Origin: the human T2T-CHM13v2.0 reference genome, Homo sapiens
DNA length: 64,000 bases
Assembly: GCF_009914755.1 (NCBI RefSeq)
Contig: NC_060925.1
Reading direction: 5' to 3' (one strand)
The notes under the pieces are model-generated. The model was given only the letters and a program-made list of their open reading frames with translations. It was not told the origin of the DNA and ran no database searches. This document shows, in pieces, positions 39,860-55,349 of the stretch. Every line of letters starts with the position of its first letter. Within the stretch, counting starts at the first letter, position 1. A program made the translations under genes and the position numbers.

Positions 39860-41220
39860 ACGATGATACATTACTCCTATGAACACGTTACAAAGGGAGA
39901 TTATCCAGGTAGGTCTAATCTAAGAAATGGGGACCTCAATCCTACAACTGCAAGGAAATAGATCCTGCCAGCAATCTGAATGCGCTGTGTTAAAATCAGA
40001 TCAAACTTTAAAAATTTTTAAAAGTTTAGCATGCATACAAAGAACAGTTTACAAACTGGAAGACATCTAACCAAAAGTGGCAAGAAGCCCAGCTCACAGC
40101 AGTTACAGTACAGCTTATAAACATTGAGGAAGAAGTATTTTGACCTTCGTTACATTCTTTTTAAGGCGAGTAGAGCTGTTAAGCTGATTTGTCTATAGCT
40201 GATTGGTTTAATTTCATTGACTCACACTGTCAAGGACATTTTGTGTTTTGTTTATGTCTAGAGCAAGTGTTTCAGGGAAATAAGGATGACTTAAGTTTTG
40301 GCTACCTGGCTATGGGTGGTTGGACTTAAAATATCTAAACTGGAGCCTCTATTTTTATTTATCTTTAACACTTGAAAGAAATTCTTCCCAGAGCCTCCAG
40401 ATAAGAAGCCAGCTTGGCTCTTGACTTCAAATCAAGGTGTTCTTCCCAGAGGCTCCAGATAAGAACGCACCAAGCTTGGGTGGGTTCTTATCTTGAGGCT
40501 CTGGGAAGAATTCAATGAAATTAAACCAACTGGCTATAGACAAATCAGTTTAAACAGGTATGCTTGCCTTAAAAAGAATTTAATGAAGGTCAAAATACTT
40601 TCTCCTTGATGTTTATAAGCTGTTATATATCCGTGATTACCAGGATTGAACCTGGCCAAACCTTTTGATCTATAGAATTGGGACTTCTTATCTATAGAAT
40701 TGTGACATCATAAATGGGTGTTGTTTTCAGCTGTTGAGTTTGTGGTAATTTGTCATACAGCAGTAGAAAAGTACGGGTTGAGTATCCCAAATCCAAAAAT
40801 CCCAAACCCAAAATGCTCCAAAATCCAAAACTTTTTGAGTGCCAACATGACACTCAAAGGAAGTGCTCATTGGAACATTCTGAATTTGGGATTTTTGGAT
40901 TTGGGATGCACAACCATTGTAATGCAAACATTCCAAAATCCGGAACAATCTAAAATCTGAAACATTTCTGGTACCAAACATTTCGGATAAGGGATACTCA
41001 ATCTGTAATACAAGGGGATTGCATAAAGGCATGATTATCAGGAGGCAAGGAACATGGGGATCATGTTAGGTCTGTATAAGGGGCCACAGTAACCCTGTCC
41101 AGAACAGCAGAACTGCCAGTTAACTCATAGAATCATGAACTATAATCATGAATGGGGGTTGTCTTAAGCCACTCAGATTTAGACTGGTGTGTTATGCAGT
41201 TAAAGCTAATTGTTACAACT
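39860..41220. mobile_element. MLT1-type LTR fragments interrupted by an ERV1-like LTR (~39988-40370) and rearranged
   Basis: MLT1 motifs cctacaactgcaagga, ttcttcccagagcctccagataagaa, tttgtggtaatttgt. The TG...CA-bounded insert is unidentified at family level. Confidence 0.55.
40774..41005. mobile_element. MER46/Tigger4 (Zombi) MITE
   Basis: TIRs cgggttgagtatccc...gggatactcaatctg, TA on both flanks. Confidence 0.85.
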
Positions 41221-43000
41221 TCTGGGGTGAGAGAAGTATAGATCAATTCCTCTTAAATGAAAAGCTCCATCATATTTCCAAAGATACTGAAGAATATAGA
41301 AAGGGCATGAGATCTGAATTTGGGCCCGTGACTTTACAAGTTATCATTTATTGATGACTTACTTATTAGCACTGTGGTAGGAGCTGTATATTCTCTATCT
41401 AAACCATACAACTCTAAGGTAGGTATTTTGAAGGCTCAGTGAATCTATGCTATATTTTCATTTTGTGGAGTTAGATAACCTTGATTACATTCACCATCCA
41501 ATCCTCAATTCTCTCGTCTATAAAATGGGCTTGATTATATTATTTAATTCACAAGATTACACTGCTCTGTAAACTCCTGTGCAAATATTAGAACTCATTA
41601 CTAGCAGTCCAGGGTTCCGTTTTCACATAATATTTGCCACCGAAACTCATCTATAGTGACTACATCAACACACTGTATCTACATAGCATGTACTATATGA
41701 GCATGTATATCAACACTTGGTTTGTGAGAGTCTGCACTCTTATGGGTCTGTTCGCCTCCCTGCTTGATCAAGACATACCAATTAACTACCAAAAGAATAT
41801 AATTCACAGGTGAATGATATGCTCTGGTTTTGGAATTGGGGAAGGGGAGCTAATATTTTTGAAGGCCTCTATGTTTCAGGCACCAGGCTAGATGATTTAC
41901 TTCTAACAGCTGATTATGATTGAATTTGTTTGGACTGGGTCATTTAGAAACCACCTCAAGTAATTCTACTGTGAGCATGGGTCACAGTAGGATTCTACTG
42001 TGTATCCATGACTGAGAATTTCTGACATACAAAACCCCATTAAATCTTGCAAAAATATTCCAAAGTAGGTGATATGTTTATTTTACAGTAAGGAAATTGA
42101 TGCCCACGGACATTAACTAACTTTCCCAAGAGCACACACCTTGTAAAGCCAAGTTTTTTGCCACTTTACCAAAATGACAGGTTTCTTGAACAGAGGAGAC
42201 AATCACTCTCATCAAATTAAGGGAGATACTAAACCGAAAAGCAAGAAAGACTGAAGATTCCTACTTAATAATCAAATCCCCTTGGTTGACCTTGCTATCC
42301 CCCGTGAAACTTTTCCAGCCATGTCAGTCCTTGTTTGTTGATCTCCTCACTTTATTTCTATTACATGAGTAACTGGCTAATTTTGATGGTGTTCATACTT
42401 ATCCTTACCATATATTTGCTCCTACATTTGTCAAGTCCTGCTTGTACATTTCCTAGTTGCCAACCTGGTGTCACAGCGGGCAAATCATGGGAAGAGCCCT
42501 GGTTTTGGAGCCAGACCACCTGAATTGGCCTCCCGCATGGACTTAGCTGTGTGGCAATGAGACAAGGCATTTTATTCTTTGAATTTCAGTTTTGTAAGCA
42601 TAAAAAGGGGAAAAATAAAACCCAGAGTTTAGTAAGGTTTAGAAACGCTACACTCAGCAAGTCATAGCTAAGTCACCGTCACCAATGGTAGTCAAGTGTG
42701 TGGTGCAGCAGGAAACATTTGGAGTCGACTCCTTTACGGAACTCAAATGCCCTCACATTTAGGGAGAAATAGAAAGAATTACGACTCATGAAATCGAGCT
42801 GGGGCTGGCACTTCTGACCCTCCCAACAGGTTTCCAGAAAGCTATTTACACACGATGCATTCGCCAAACCACTGGAAATCATTCTACCCTGTACTTTTTT
42901 CCACCCTGCCTCACGTCCTTGCCCTATGACCGGGTTCCTACCCCAACCTCTGCCCCAACACTTAGAGGAGGAGTTGCGGGCCTCTTTTTACAGTGGATAG

Positions 43001-44400
<1,400 letters not shown>

Positions 44401-44428
44401 GGGGAAATTAAAAAAAAAAAGTTTTTCA

Positions 44429-44797
<369 letters not shown>

Positions 44798-46014
44798 CTA
44801 ATTATTCACTTACTTTTGTAAAACATTTCTAAGGAGTTCTGAGGACCAAGTTTTCTTTCTATATTTTAAGTGAGATTTGACTTATGCCCAATTCTTCTGG
44901 AACGCATCCCCTGAAATGGATATTTTTATTCATTTTAATAGTACTTTATTTATCTTATTTTGTTGACATTGAGTACTATTTGCCAAGCACTATGGTAAGC
45001 GCTTCATTTCTGGGTCTCATTTATCCTCCTGCAGCCCTATAAGGTAGATGCTATTATGGGTATCTTCAAGTTGCCAACGAGGACGCTGAAGCTTAGGTAG
45101 GTTAAATAATTTACAAAAACTATAATGGCAGCACTAAGAGTCCAATATAGATCTGCCAATCCCAAGAACTTGAACAGCTCCTGAGAATGAAGAATGAACA
45201 GCCCTTGATCTTGAAGATCTGTTTTCCAGGCTCCAAAATCTAAACTGGGCTCTATCTACATCTGCCTTCCTGGGCCAAACATTTATAAGCATCAGTGAGA
45301 GAAGATTGCCTGGATTTGTTTACTTTGTGGTCCTGAATTTTCAGACAAGCGCAAATTCCCATGAAAGAAGAACAGACAATAGCTGTATCCCAGTAGATCA
45401 TTTCCCTGTTACCACCTGTGCTGAATTTGCATTTCATTCATTCATTCATTTATTCAGTCAGTCATTCAACAGATCCTGTTGAATACCATGTTCAGAGAAA
45501 TGTGTGGACTAAAAGGATGATGCAGACCCAAGAGTTGTCCTTAAGGAGCTTACAGCAGAGTGGGAATTTTAGGTGCCCAGATGGAAATTTGTCCATTTGG
45601 GAGTAGTGTGGGGTGGGAAGGAAAGAATTAGTTAAGACTAAAAAAAAAAGTTCTTAAAACTTCATCACCCTTTAGCCATTGCCCTATTGCTCTTCTCTCA
45701 GCCAACCTTTGTAAAAGCTTTCTGCATTCACTATTTCTCATTCTCACCTCCGGTTTACTCGCCATTTCACTGCTTCTGCCCCCTCCACTACTCCAGTAGA
45801 ATTGCTCTTGCCAAAGTTACTAGGGACTTGCCAGTTGCTAAATTCATGGAATACACTCTGGTCTAATCTTATTTGGCCTTTCTGCTGCATTTGGCAGTGC
45901 TGATTTTGTACTCTTGTAAAGTTCTTCCTCCCTTGGCCTTGCTTACTCTCCTGATTCTACTCACACTTTTTGGAAGTTCCTTCATGGGCTGCACATTGAC
46001 TATCCCCTAGGTTT

Positions 46015-46349
46015 CTTTCTTCTTTCTTTCTTTCTTTTTTCTTCTTCTTTTTTTTTTTTTTTTTTTTTTGAGACGGAGTCTTACTCTGTCGCCTAGGCTG
46101 GAGTGCAGTGGCGCAATCAGCTCACTGCAACCTCTGCCTCCCAGGTTCAAGCAATTCGCCTGCCTTAGCCTCCTGAGTAGCTGGGATGACAGGCATGCAC
46201 CACCACACCTGGCTAATTTTTATATTTTTAGTAGAGATGAGGTTTCACCATCTTGGCCAGGCTGGTCTCGAACTTCTGATCTCAGGTGATCCACCCTCCT
46301 CGGCCTCCCAAGGTGCTGGGATTACAGGCGTGAGCCACTGCGCCTGGCC
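46015..46349 (-). mobile_element. Alu (AluSx) amid L2/MIR fragments
   Basis: Antisense dimer with TSD ctatYccctaggtttct. Confidence 0.93.
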
Positions 46350-47695
46350 TATTCCCTAGGTTTCTACGCTCAGGTTGTTCTCTGATTTTGTTCACTCTCT
46401 CTACTCACTCGGGATTTAAATATGCTACTCTTTCTCTTGTGATATGATTCAGTCCAGATGGCATCTTCAGAAACCTTTCTTGACACCCCATCCCTACCAC
46501 TCTTCTCCACCTATTAAGTGCTCCTTTCCCATAGATAATTCTAGAATATATATATTAAATTCTAGTGAAATTTTCCGTTTACATGTCAACGGCCTCCAAC
46601 TAGAGAGTAAGCTTCTTTAAGTCAGACCTGTGTTTTACCTGTATCTGCAATGCCTAGGACTATGTAGCATTCAATGAATTCTTGTTTATTTGCTCTGAAC
46701 TGTGAGTCACTTTTGTATTCTAGCACTTGATTTAAAGCCAGCATGTAGCTGGTGACCAATAAATTTATTCACATCAAACATTTATTATGTGCTTGCTTTG
46801 CCTCAGACATTGTACTTGAGATACAAAATATTTTTGCCCTTGGGAAAGACATAGTCTGGGAGGGGTGGTATACAGGAGTAAGCAGACAGCACAATGTGTC
46901 AGGTGTTGTGATGGAGGGATGTGCAGGTGTCTTTAACCTGAGGGGCTGTACTTGGGAGGGGAAGATGAAGGGAGGGAGGCTCCATAGAGGGGTGGTAGCC
47001 GAATTGAGTCTTAAAGAATGACTTGGAGTTCCCAGAGTGGGTTTGTCTGGTAGGAGGAATTCTTAGCAGAATGAATACAAATTGAGGGAGTTTAGATTAG
47101 ATACAAATACAAATTTCTAGTCCTTTTTTGTTTCATCCACAAAGGTTGGGAATAATACATACCTGAAGAGCCTGTTGTGAGGATTAGATGAAACAACATA
47201 TTTACAAGTACCTCACTTGGAAACTGTTCGAATGATAGGTGTGTTATCAATGTTTTGTTGGTATTAGGACACAATCCAACGTGATGCAGATATGAGCCAC
47301 CCAGATGGTCTCCCACCTTCCTCTAATCCTCAACAGCCTCAACCAATATAGAGGGGTTCCGTGTTAGTCAGAGCCCAATTGGGTACAAATGACAAAAACC
47401 TTACTTGGATTACTCCAAGTGAAAAAGGAATTTTATTGGCCCATGTTACTGAAAAGTCCAAGAGAATCCCAACGAATTCTTTAGTTGAAACTATTCCTGG
47501 TCTCTAAAAATCACTTCTGGGTCTAATGATCTGCAAATGACCAGCATCAGAAATTGAGGAGAGTTTAAGCTCACAAATGAATGTGTGCATGTTTTGAAGG
47601 ATGATTTATCACCACCCTAAGCAAAATAAAATAAATACCTTTGTGGGAACTTATGAGCAAGGAGGGTATTTGTTGTTGTTGTTGTTGTCAAGTTA

Positions 47696-48563
47696 CAGGG
47701 ATTCTTTTGTCACGGCTCCTTTGCTACTCATTTGTGCAAACTGTGGAGCCCCTTCTCAGAATATATATTTTTAAAAATTTGAGACATGGTCTTACTCTGT
47801 TGCCCAGACTGCAGCACAGTAGCGCGATCGTGGCTTACTGCAGCCTCAGTCTCCCCAGGTTCAGTTGATTCTCCCACCTCAGCCTCCTAAGTAGCTGGGG
47901 TCTACAGGTGCATGCCACCATGCCTGGCTAATTGTTTTATATTTTTTGTAGAGATGGGGTTTCACCAAGTTGCCCAGGCTGATCTCGAACTCATGGGCTC
48001 AAGCGATCTGCCTGCCTCGGCCTTGCCTCCCAAAGTGCTGGGATTACAAGTGTGAGCCATCGTGCCGGGCAGAGTATTTTTATTTTTAAGTGAATAAAAC
48101 AAAATACAAACCATTACAAAGGAAGCAAAATTATATTGAAGTATAATCAAAATATTAAAAAACCAGATTTGTGATATATCAAGATAATGCTTCTTTACTG
48201 ACATAGGAAGATTTGTGGAGGATTTAATACTGCCTTACTTCAAAGTAGTGGTGAGTATAAATGATGTTTTGAGACGTCTGCAATCTCAGTATTTTGAGAT
48301 AACTATAATAGGATATGAAAATATAATTTTTATTGATGATAAATTCCTAGGTAGTAGTAGTAATAGTAGCAGTAGTAGTAATAATACTGTGGTTTGCTTC
48401 CTACATTTATAATAAAAGGAGGTGCTAAATTTCAGTTAGATGTTAGTGAAAATAAAGATTGTTTTGTTTATTTTGTCATTCATATTCATGGATCCCATTG
48501 AATTCTACCCAAGGACCTCTTGAGGTAGGGGAAGGGGATGTAAGCATCCCAAGTTAAGAACCC
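47696..48563. mobile_element. MER119-like hAT-Charlie fossil with an AluJ inserted (47770-48070, -)
   Basis: cccttctcagaata...ttacaaaggaagcaaaattatattgaa...gctaaatttcagttaga...gttaagaacccc matches the recalled MER119 layout. Confidence 0.7.
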
Positions 48564-48965
48564 CACACTAAACAATGATCCTTTTTTAGCATCAGGTGAT
48601 GCCTGCACCAAAATGGACCTCAAACACATGACCCAGAGGTTAAGGGTCTCATGTTCTCAGAGCAAACTAGTGGGACTTTGCAAACTTCGCCTTATAGTGG
48701 AGGAACTCCACTGTCTCCCGCTTGAAGTGAACCACCCTTTTCTGAACTTTCATGAGATCCATCTGCAAACACTGCTGAAGGAACATGTTTCTGGCTATAG
48801 CAGTTCACATTTCTTGAAAAGGAAATAAAAGAACACTGAGCAGGAAGGGGAAGGTTTTGAGACTCTTGGGTAGTTGGAGTTAGGTGGAGACACCTTGCTA
48901 CTTTAACTTTAAACCTTATATCCCTGGGGCAGGGATGACTTGGCAGAGAAACACCTTCAAGTCAC

Positions 48966-49256
48966 TTTTTTTTTTGAGACACTGTCTTGCTCTGTTGCCC
49001 TAGGCTGGAGTGCAGTTGCAGGATCTTGGCTCACTGTAACCTCCGCCTCCTGGGTTCAAGTGATTCTTCTGCCTCAGCCTCCTGAGTAGGTGGGACTACA
49101 GGCGTGCACCACCATACCCAGCTAATTTTTGTATTTTTAGTAGAAACGAGGTTTCACCATGTTGGCCAGGATGGTCTGGATCTCTTGACCTCATCATCCG
49201 CCCGCCTCGGCCTCACAAAGTGCTGGGATTACAGGCGTGAGCCACCACACCCGGCC
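48966..49256 (-). mobile_element. Alu (AluSc-like)
   Basis: Antisense dimer with TSD caagtcacttttt. Confidence 0.93.
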
Positions 49257-49325
49257 CAAGTCACTTTTTAACATGCTGTAACCCCCACTTTAAAAAAAAA
49301 AAAAACCACTTTTTAATTATGGTGG

Positions 49326-49605
49326 GGCCGGGCATGGTGGCTTACCGCACTTGAGTGGGTCACTTGAGCCCAGGAGTTCCAAACCAGCTTGGACAACATG
49401 GTGAAACCCCTTGTCTACAAAAAATAAAAAAACTTAATCTGGTGTGGTTTCGGGCGCCTGTGGTCTCGGCTACTTGAGACACTGAGGTAGGAGGATCACA
49501 TTCACCCTGTGAGGTCAAGGCTTCAGTGAGCTGTGATTGCACCACTGCACTCCAGCCTTGGCGATGGCAAGACCCTGTCTCAAAAATAAATAAATAAATA
49601 AATAT
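49326..49605 (+). mobile_element. AluJ with an internal deletion in the left arm
   Basis: Alu dimer with (TAAA)n tail and TSD aattatggtggg. Confidence 0.88.
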
Positions 49606-50219
49606 AAAATGAATTATGGTGGGCTTTGAACAATTGTTCTCCCCTTGTTTACACTTTCTGATTTTGAATCAGCACTGAATGCCAGTATGGATAACCTATT
49701 GTCCTTTCCATCCAGGAGCATACAATCTTTTGGGGGAGATAAGACAGAAGAAACACATAGACATACAAAGAACAGAATTAGAAAACATGCTGAGCTCAGC
49801 GAGAGAGAGAACATTTTGGATTGGGAAAGAAGAGGTGCCTGCACCTAAAACCAATTATGTCTTGAAGAGCGGATAGTGTGCGATAGAAGATGGGGCTACC
49901 CTTCAGGAAGGGGACCTGCCGAGAGAAGTGAGAAAGAGAGAATAGGCAGGACTCTTTTTTAGAGCCGGACACTTAGTCACTAAACAATCTTTGTTACATA
50001 AAATACTTAAATCAGCTTGCTTGGGACTTTTTCTTTCTTGGCTTCACTAATGCTCTTGGTGAAACATCTTTTTCCTTTTTCTTTTTTAATCAAATCTAAT
50101 GCTCATGAAATTTTGTAGAAGAAAAAGAAAAACGTTCTCCCTTTCTGAGATAGAGGGTTTGTTTTGTTTTTGTAAACAAGATAACAGGGAAGAGTGCTCT
50201 ACTGTTTTGGAAAGAGTGA

Positions 50220-50540
50220 CTCATTCAATAAATATTTATTGAGCACCTATTAGGTTCTCGGTACTACGGATACAACAGTGAATTGAACAAAGTTTCTGCT
50301 CTACAGAGCTGTGGGGTTCTCGTTGAGCCTGACAGATGATAAACGTGTCAAATGAAGATAAGTTCTCTGAAGAAAAATAAAACCCAGTAAAGGGGACAGC
50401 ATTAGAGGATGGGCTGCTCTTTTTAGTGCAGCAATTGGGATGTCTGATAAACCTCATGAGAGCAGAGACCTGAATGAAGTGAAGGAGTGAGCCATGCAGA
50501 TATCCGTGAAAAGACTTCCAGACAGAGGAAGAGTTAGATG
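50220..50540 (-). mobile_element. L2 3' end
   Basis: ctcattcaataaatatttattgagcacctat...gagacctgaatgaagtgaaggagtgagccatgcagata. Confidence 0.8.
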
Positions 50541-50759
50541 GAAAGGATAAACACATATAATCATTTAATGTTATAAAATTATGCCTCAGGTAAATAAATG
50601 TAGCATACATTTTATCGTACAAAGGGTCCCAATATACTATGACATTTTGCATATAGATTATAAGTATTATTCTATTATAAATTTATCTTGGGATAATAAG
50701 ATGTGTAATCAACATTGATCAAATATTTAACAATAATTTTTTTCTCTCTTGGACTCTAG

Positions 50760-51190
50760 GGTAGGGAAAACTTTTCATCTACCCTCCTAGGTTATATACT
50801 GGGGGCTTGCAAATTAAATGTAAAAGACAAATGAGCAACAAAAAGACATTTGTGGGAGTTTACAGAAAAATGTGACAGGAGGCAGTTAGACTTGGGGGCC
50901 TATACATCATCTCAGTAGGGGAAGGCGGAAGAGGAGAAGAGCATTTGCTGGAAACCACGACTTTAGGAGAGATAAATCAGCCCTTAAGAGACTAGATAGG
51001 AGATGTGGTAGTTTTATGCCAGTGTCTATTTAGTTATGGTAATGAGTCGATCTTCCCTGGTTGTGAAACTCCAGAGTTCCTTTGGGGCACACTGCTTTTA
51101 AGACAGATGAAGGAGTTTAGTAAAAAGCCTATTTTTAAATGACTGGCTCAAAATAATTTTTATGTCACAGTGGTGTAGTCTGGACCCCTT
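50760..51190. mobile_element. ERV1 (MER4-group, MER34/39-like) LTR remnant
   Basis: gcttgcaaattaaatgtaaaagaca...gctcaaaataatttttatg pattern. Family uncertain. Confidence 0.45.
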
Positions 51191-54100
51191 TAGACTTTAG
51201 AAGAGCTTTCAGCAGATTGATTTGAGTGAGCTACACTTCTAAGAAAGTGAAGCAGGAAAGTTTGAACTGATCCCTTTATTCTCCTCCAAGTTCCCTTGAG
51301 GCCCACACAGACATAGCCAGTTATTCTGCTGACTTTGAAGCTGTGCTCACAGTTGGGATCCACCTTTGAAAAATGGCTCCTGAGTGTGTTAAGTAAGTAA
51401 TGGCTAGCCGAGGGCTTCAGTTGGGAGGACTGCGGAGAAGACTTTTCTCCCCTGGGGTCCTCAAAGGGGAAAGAAATCACAAGGGGGCAGCATAGGGAGT
51501 TGTTTGGAAAGGGTGAGAAGGCTGTGCTTAGTGTTGGGATACGCGGATGGATGTAAGCTGGGTTTTGTTTTGTTTAGTTTTTTAAACTTCAGCTGTTGGA
51601 AGTCCTCCTTCCCATAGCTTCTCCAAATCACCACTGAGCTGATTCCCCAAGGCATAAAGACAGCCCTGAATTAACACAGTGGGGAATGCTAATTAAGTCA
51701 TGCCAATAAAGATTTAATCATGAATCAGAAACACTTGGAAAATTATGTTTTCATATTGGAAAGATGTTCTTTTTTTCTCTATGAGTACCCCAAAGTGTTT
51801 TTGAAGGATGAAATGCGATAGGTGGTAGGACAGAAATATTTGGTTGACTTGTCCAGTATGCTAATGGTGTTGGAACAGGGACTCCAGTCTTCTGATATTT
51901 CATCTGGTTGGTCTTTTCCATAAATAAATATATCCCAGAGCAAGTAGTTCTGGGGATTGTTATAATATGCTGGTTAATAGCATGGAGAAACTGGCTTGGG
52001 CAATGTTAAGTAGGAGTTTCAGAGCTTTTAATATATGAGTACTGAGAGTTTGTAAAAGGACCCCAAACAGAAGAATTTTGGGAAATACCAATCTATACCA
52101 TGCTGGGTTGATAGGACCATCTATATTATACAAGAATCTTCTCAGATTTAAGTTTCTTCTTTTTAAACTGCCATTAAGGGCATGCAGGGAAGGTGAAATT
52201 TTGTTTTAATATCCATGTATACCATATGGCTTATTTTGGCAACTAATATATGAATTTGTTCTTGGCTGCTTTGAGTGTGATTGATTCAGCCCAATAAGTA
52301 TTTTCTAACCAGGTCACCACATGTAGAGTTATGAGGTAAGTGACAAAAGTCCTTCTGACCAAATATTAGTCCTGTATGTTGTACTCCAATGTGCTCACAA
52401 GTGAATTGAAATGTTGCTCAAGAGTGAATTGAAATGGCTACTACATTGTGTGAGTCCGGAGGGCTTAATCTGCATGGTGTCATAGCCATTTGGGGGCTAA
52501 ACCGACAAGTGTGAGGATTGTAAACTGGCAGGGAGCTCAAAATGAGCTGATTGGTGAAACTTCATGGTGATCTCGTAGGTTGCAGCAGAGAACAATACAG
52601 GCCCAGTCCTCACATGCTTGGGACTTAAGGTGAAGGTTTGTGTTGGAGGCTAGGTGGGTTACGGACAAGCAGAGAACTGCCACAAGGTGCTGTCAGCACT
52701 GGGATGGAGGTGAGCAAAGGAGGCTAGGAAAGCATAAAGGAGGCGTGCCTGGTTCCAGCAGAGGGAGTAGGGAAGTGACAACTAAAACCAGACCTGAAGG
52801 TGAAGAGCAGAGAGGAATGTTCCAGGCAGAACCATAGGTGAGAGAATTTGGCATGTTTAAGAGAAAGCTCCCCTCACTGCCCCCCAACTCCGTATTTTTG
52901 TTTCATACTCTGCAAGGAGCAACTGCACTAAAAATGTACCTCATGTTTTCTATTTTACAAGTTACTGCCACATGCATGGCCTTATTTCCTGTCTACAACA
53001 AACCTTTCAGGTGTCCCAGGTCACAAAGTCAGGAAAAGAGCCTGGGAACTGCCCCCACTCTTCCTAGAATGTAAGGGGTGTTGGGCCATGTTCCAAATAC
53101 CAGGTTCCCACTGAGAGTGGCTGAGGATAATGCTAATCTGGGCAGTTTTAAGCAGGAAATGAGTATGTGGAGTAGGGAAGTGCGGAGATCTTGCTATGTA
53201 AGTCAGAGCTATTTTTCTCACTACTGGGTTGAATTAAAACCAGTTTCTGGAATCACAATGTAAAACAAGAGGCAAAATCCACCTCGAGGCACATTGGTTT
53301 TTATTCCTTAAATGTTCCACATAAAAAATGAAAACTGAGTCAGTAGAACAGAATCGTAAGACCAGATGGCTTCCCAGGATCAATGGGGGCAAGCCATTAA
53401 CTATCATCTAGTTAATAGAGGAAATTGCATTTTACAGTGGGATGGGTTCTAGAGTTCGAGTGGAAGATGAAACTTCAGTCAAAATCATCCTTAAAGTCCC
53501 ATAGGAAAGTACCACATTGGAGAACAACATGTAACACAACAGGTATGTCTTTAAATAGCAGAAGTGCACTCAAGATACCCATACTTTGAGAAGCACGTGG
53601 GGACTAAGACTGAGCAGGGGCCTGTGGTCACTGGGTGAAATGGTGGCAGAATTGCCCATGCTGTTTAAATTTCACTCTTGTCTTCTTTGTCTCCCTGGAA
53701 GTTCTATATACAACAGTTACATTTGTGCAAGATAAATACTTGTATGATGTGACTACACTGCACATTCTTGATGCTACTCAGAGTGCACATATGAGAATCA
53801 TCTCAATCATGATTCATCACCTGCAACTTGGAGCACTTATGCCCTGTGCCTTTCTACCGGGCTTATATTTGAAATCTCAGATTTCCCTGTCAAGGCTTGA
53901 TCTTACCGCTGCAGATCTGTTTGGACCACTCTGAAAGAGTATACTTTGAGGTGCCTTCCAAAGTGAATTTGATGTACACCACGTAGCCTATAAGGAATTT
54001 TTACGATTTTATAGGTTCAATCAGCTGTTGTAACAGACACTCAAAACAACAGTGGATTAAACAAGATGTTTTTCTGTCTTGTGGAATATTGTGGGTCAGC

Positions 54101-54706
54101 AGGCCAAGACTAGCATGATGGATCCATGATGTTGGGACCCAGCCTCTTTAATCCTGTTGCTCTGCCATCTTGAAGGTGTTGCCCTTGCCCATCTGGTTGC
54201 AGATGGCTTCTACTACCACATCCATGTTTCATCTAGTGGGCACAGGGGAGAGATGGGGCAGAGTGTCTTCCCCCTTTAAAATCAGGAAATTGTGTACCTG
54301 ACTATTGCTCACAATCCACTGGGAAGATCTAACATGCAGGCCACATTTACTTGCAAGAAGGGCTGAAAATGTAGACTCTATATTGAGAGGCATATGGCCC
54401 CCTGAAAATGAGTGGTTCTGTTACCTTAAAGAAGAGAAGGAACACTAGAAATATGTGCCATGGTCCACCTCTTTGGCCATGAAGACAGCCATGCCCATTG
54501 TTCTTCCTGCCCATTGAAACACAGCACTCCTTTCCAGTGGAGGCACCCCAGATTCCTTCCAGTTACCCAGTCAGTACTCAGTGTTCATAGTTCTCTCCAT
54601 CAAGCCCATGTGTGGCTCCTTGTGTAAAGTTAAAGACAAATTATCAGGCCCCCTGTCCCCACTACATAACTATGTATAACTATATATATAGGGAGGGAGT
54701 TACATA

Positions 54707-54710
<4 letters not shown>

Positions 54711-54749
<39 letters not shown>
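54711..54749. repeat. (TG)n microsatellite
   Basis: About 19 perfect TG units. Confidence 0.95.
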
Positions 54750-54752
<3 letters not shown>

Positions 54753-55349
54753 GAGAGGGGATATAGTTGTATATTTACATATGTAGACCAGTCACTAGCC
54801 ATAGGAGTGTTCACATTGTCGCATTGTCCTGGCTGGGAATGCACACTCCTGTCCTGGCAGTGGAGTAGGTCCACAGGGAACCCTGGTTCCACCCTCAGGG
54901 AGGAACTCTATCCACCTGCTCATGTAAATATATTTATTGAGTAAGAGTGGACATTGGAGAAGGCCCTAAAAGTCCTTTTGGGGCTGTACAGCTTATGTAA
55001 CCTGCTTCCTGCTGATGAAAGTTGGAGGAAAAGAGGCAGGGGTGACTTTTGCAGGCCAGGCTCCTGGCTCTTTCACTGTACAGTACCTTCACAAATTTAG
55101 TAGTCTTCTGGCCTATCCTGATCAGTTCCATGTGCTGGTAATCACAGTGAAAGTTCTCACCTAGATAGTTTTGAAACCTAAAAACTTTGACTTGTATTTA
55201 TTGGATGCTTTGTGCCTCCCTTGATTTCTCTATTACTGATGGCTACCTTGAGACAGGTGGAAAAGATAGGCTAGTACGAAGGCAGTATCCTTAATCTGAT
55301 TTTGCTGGTGGGCTAGTTCCCATTGTCTGACAGAGAATCCTGGGGAATA

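Noticed and set aside
40718-41032. Three overlapping ORFs and internal inverted symmetry
   Set aside because: Explained by the MER46/Tigger4 MITE and its internal repeats.
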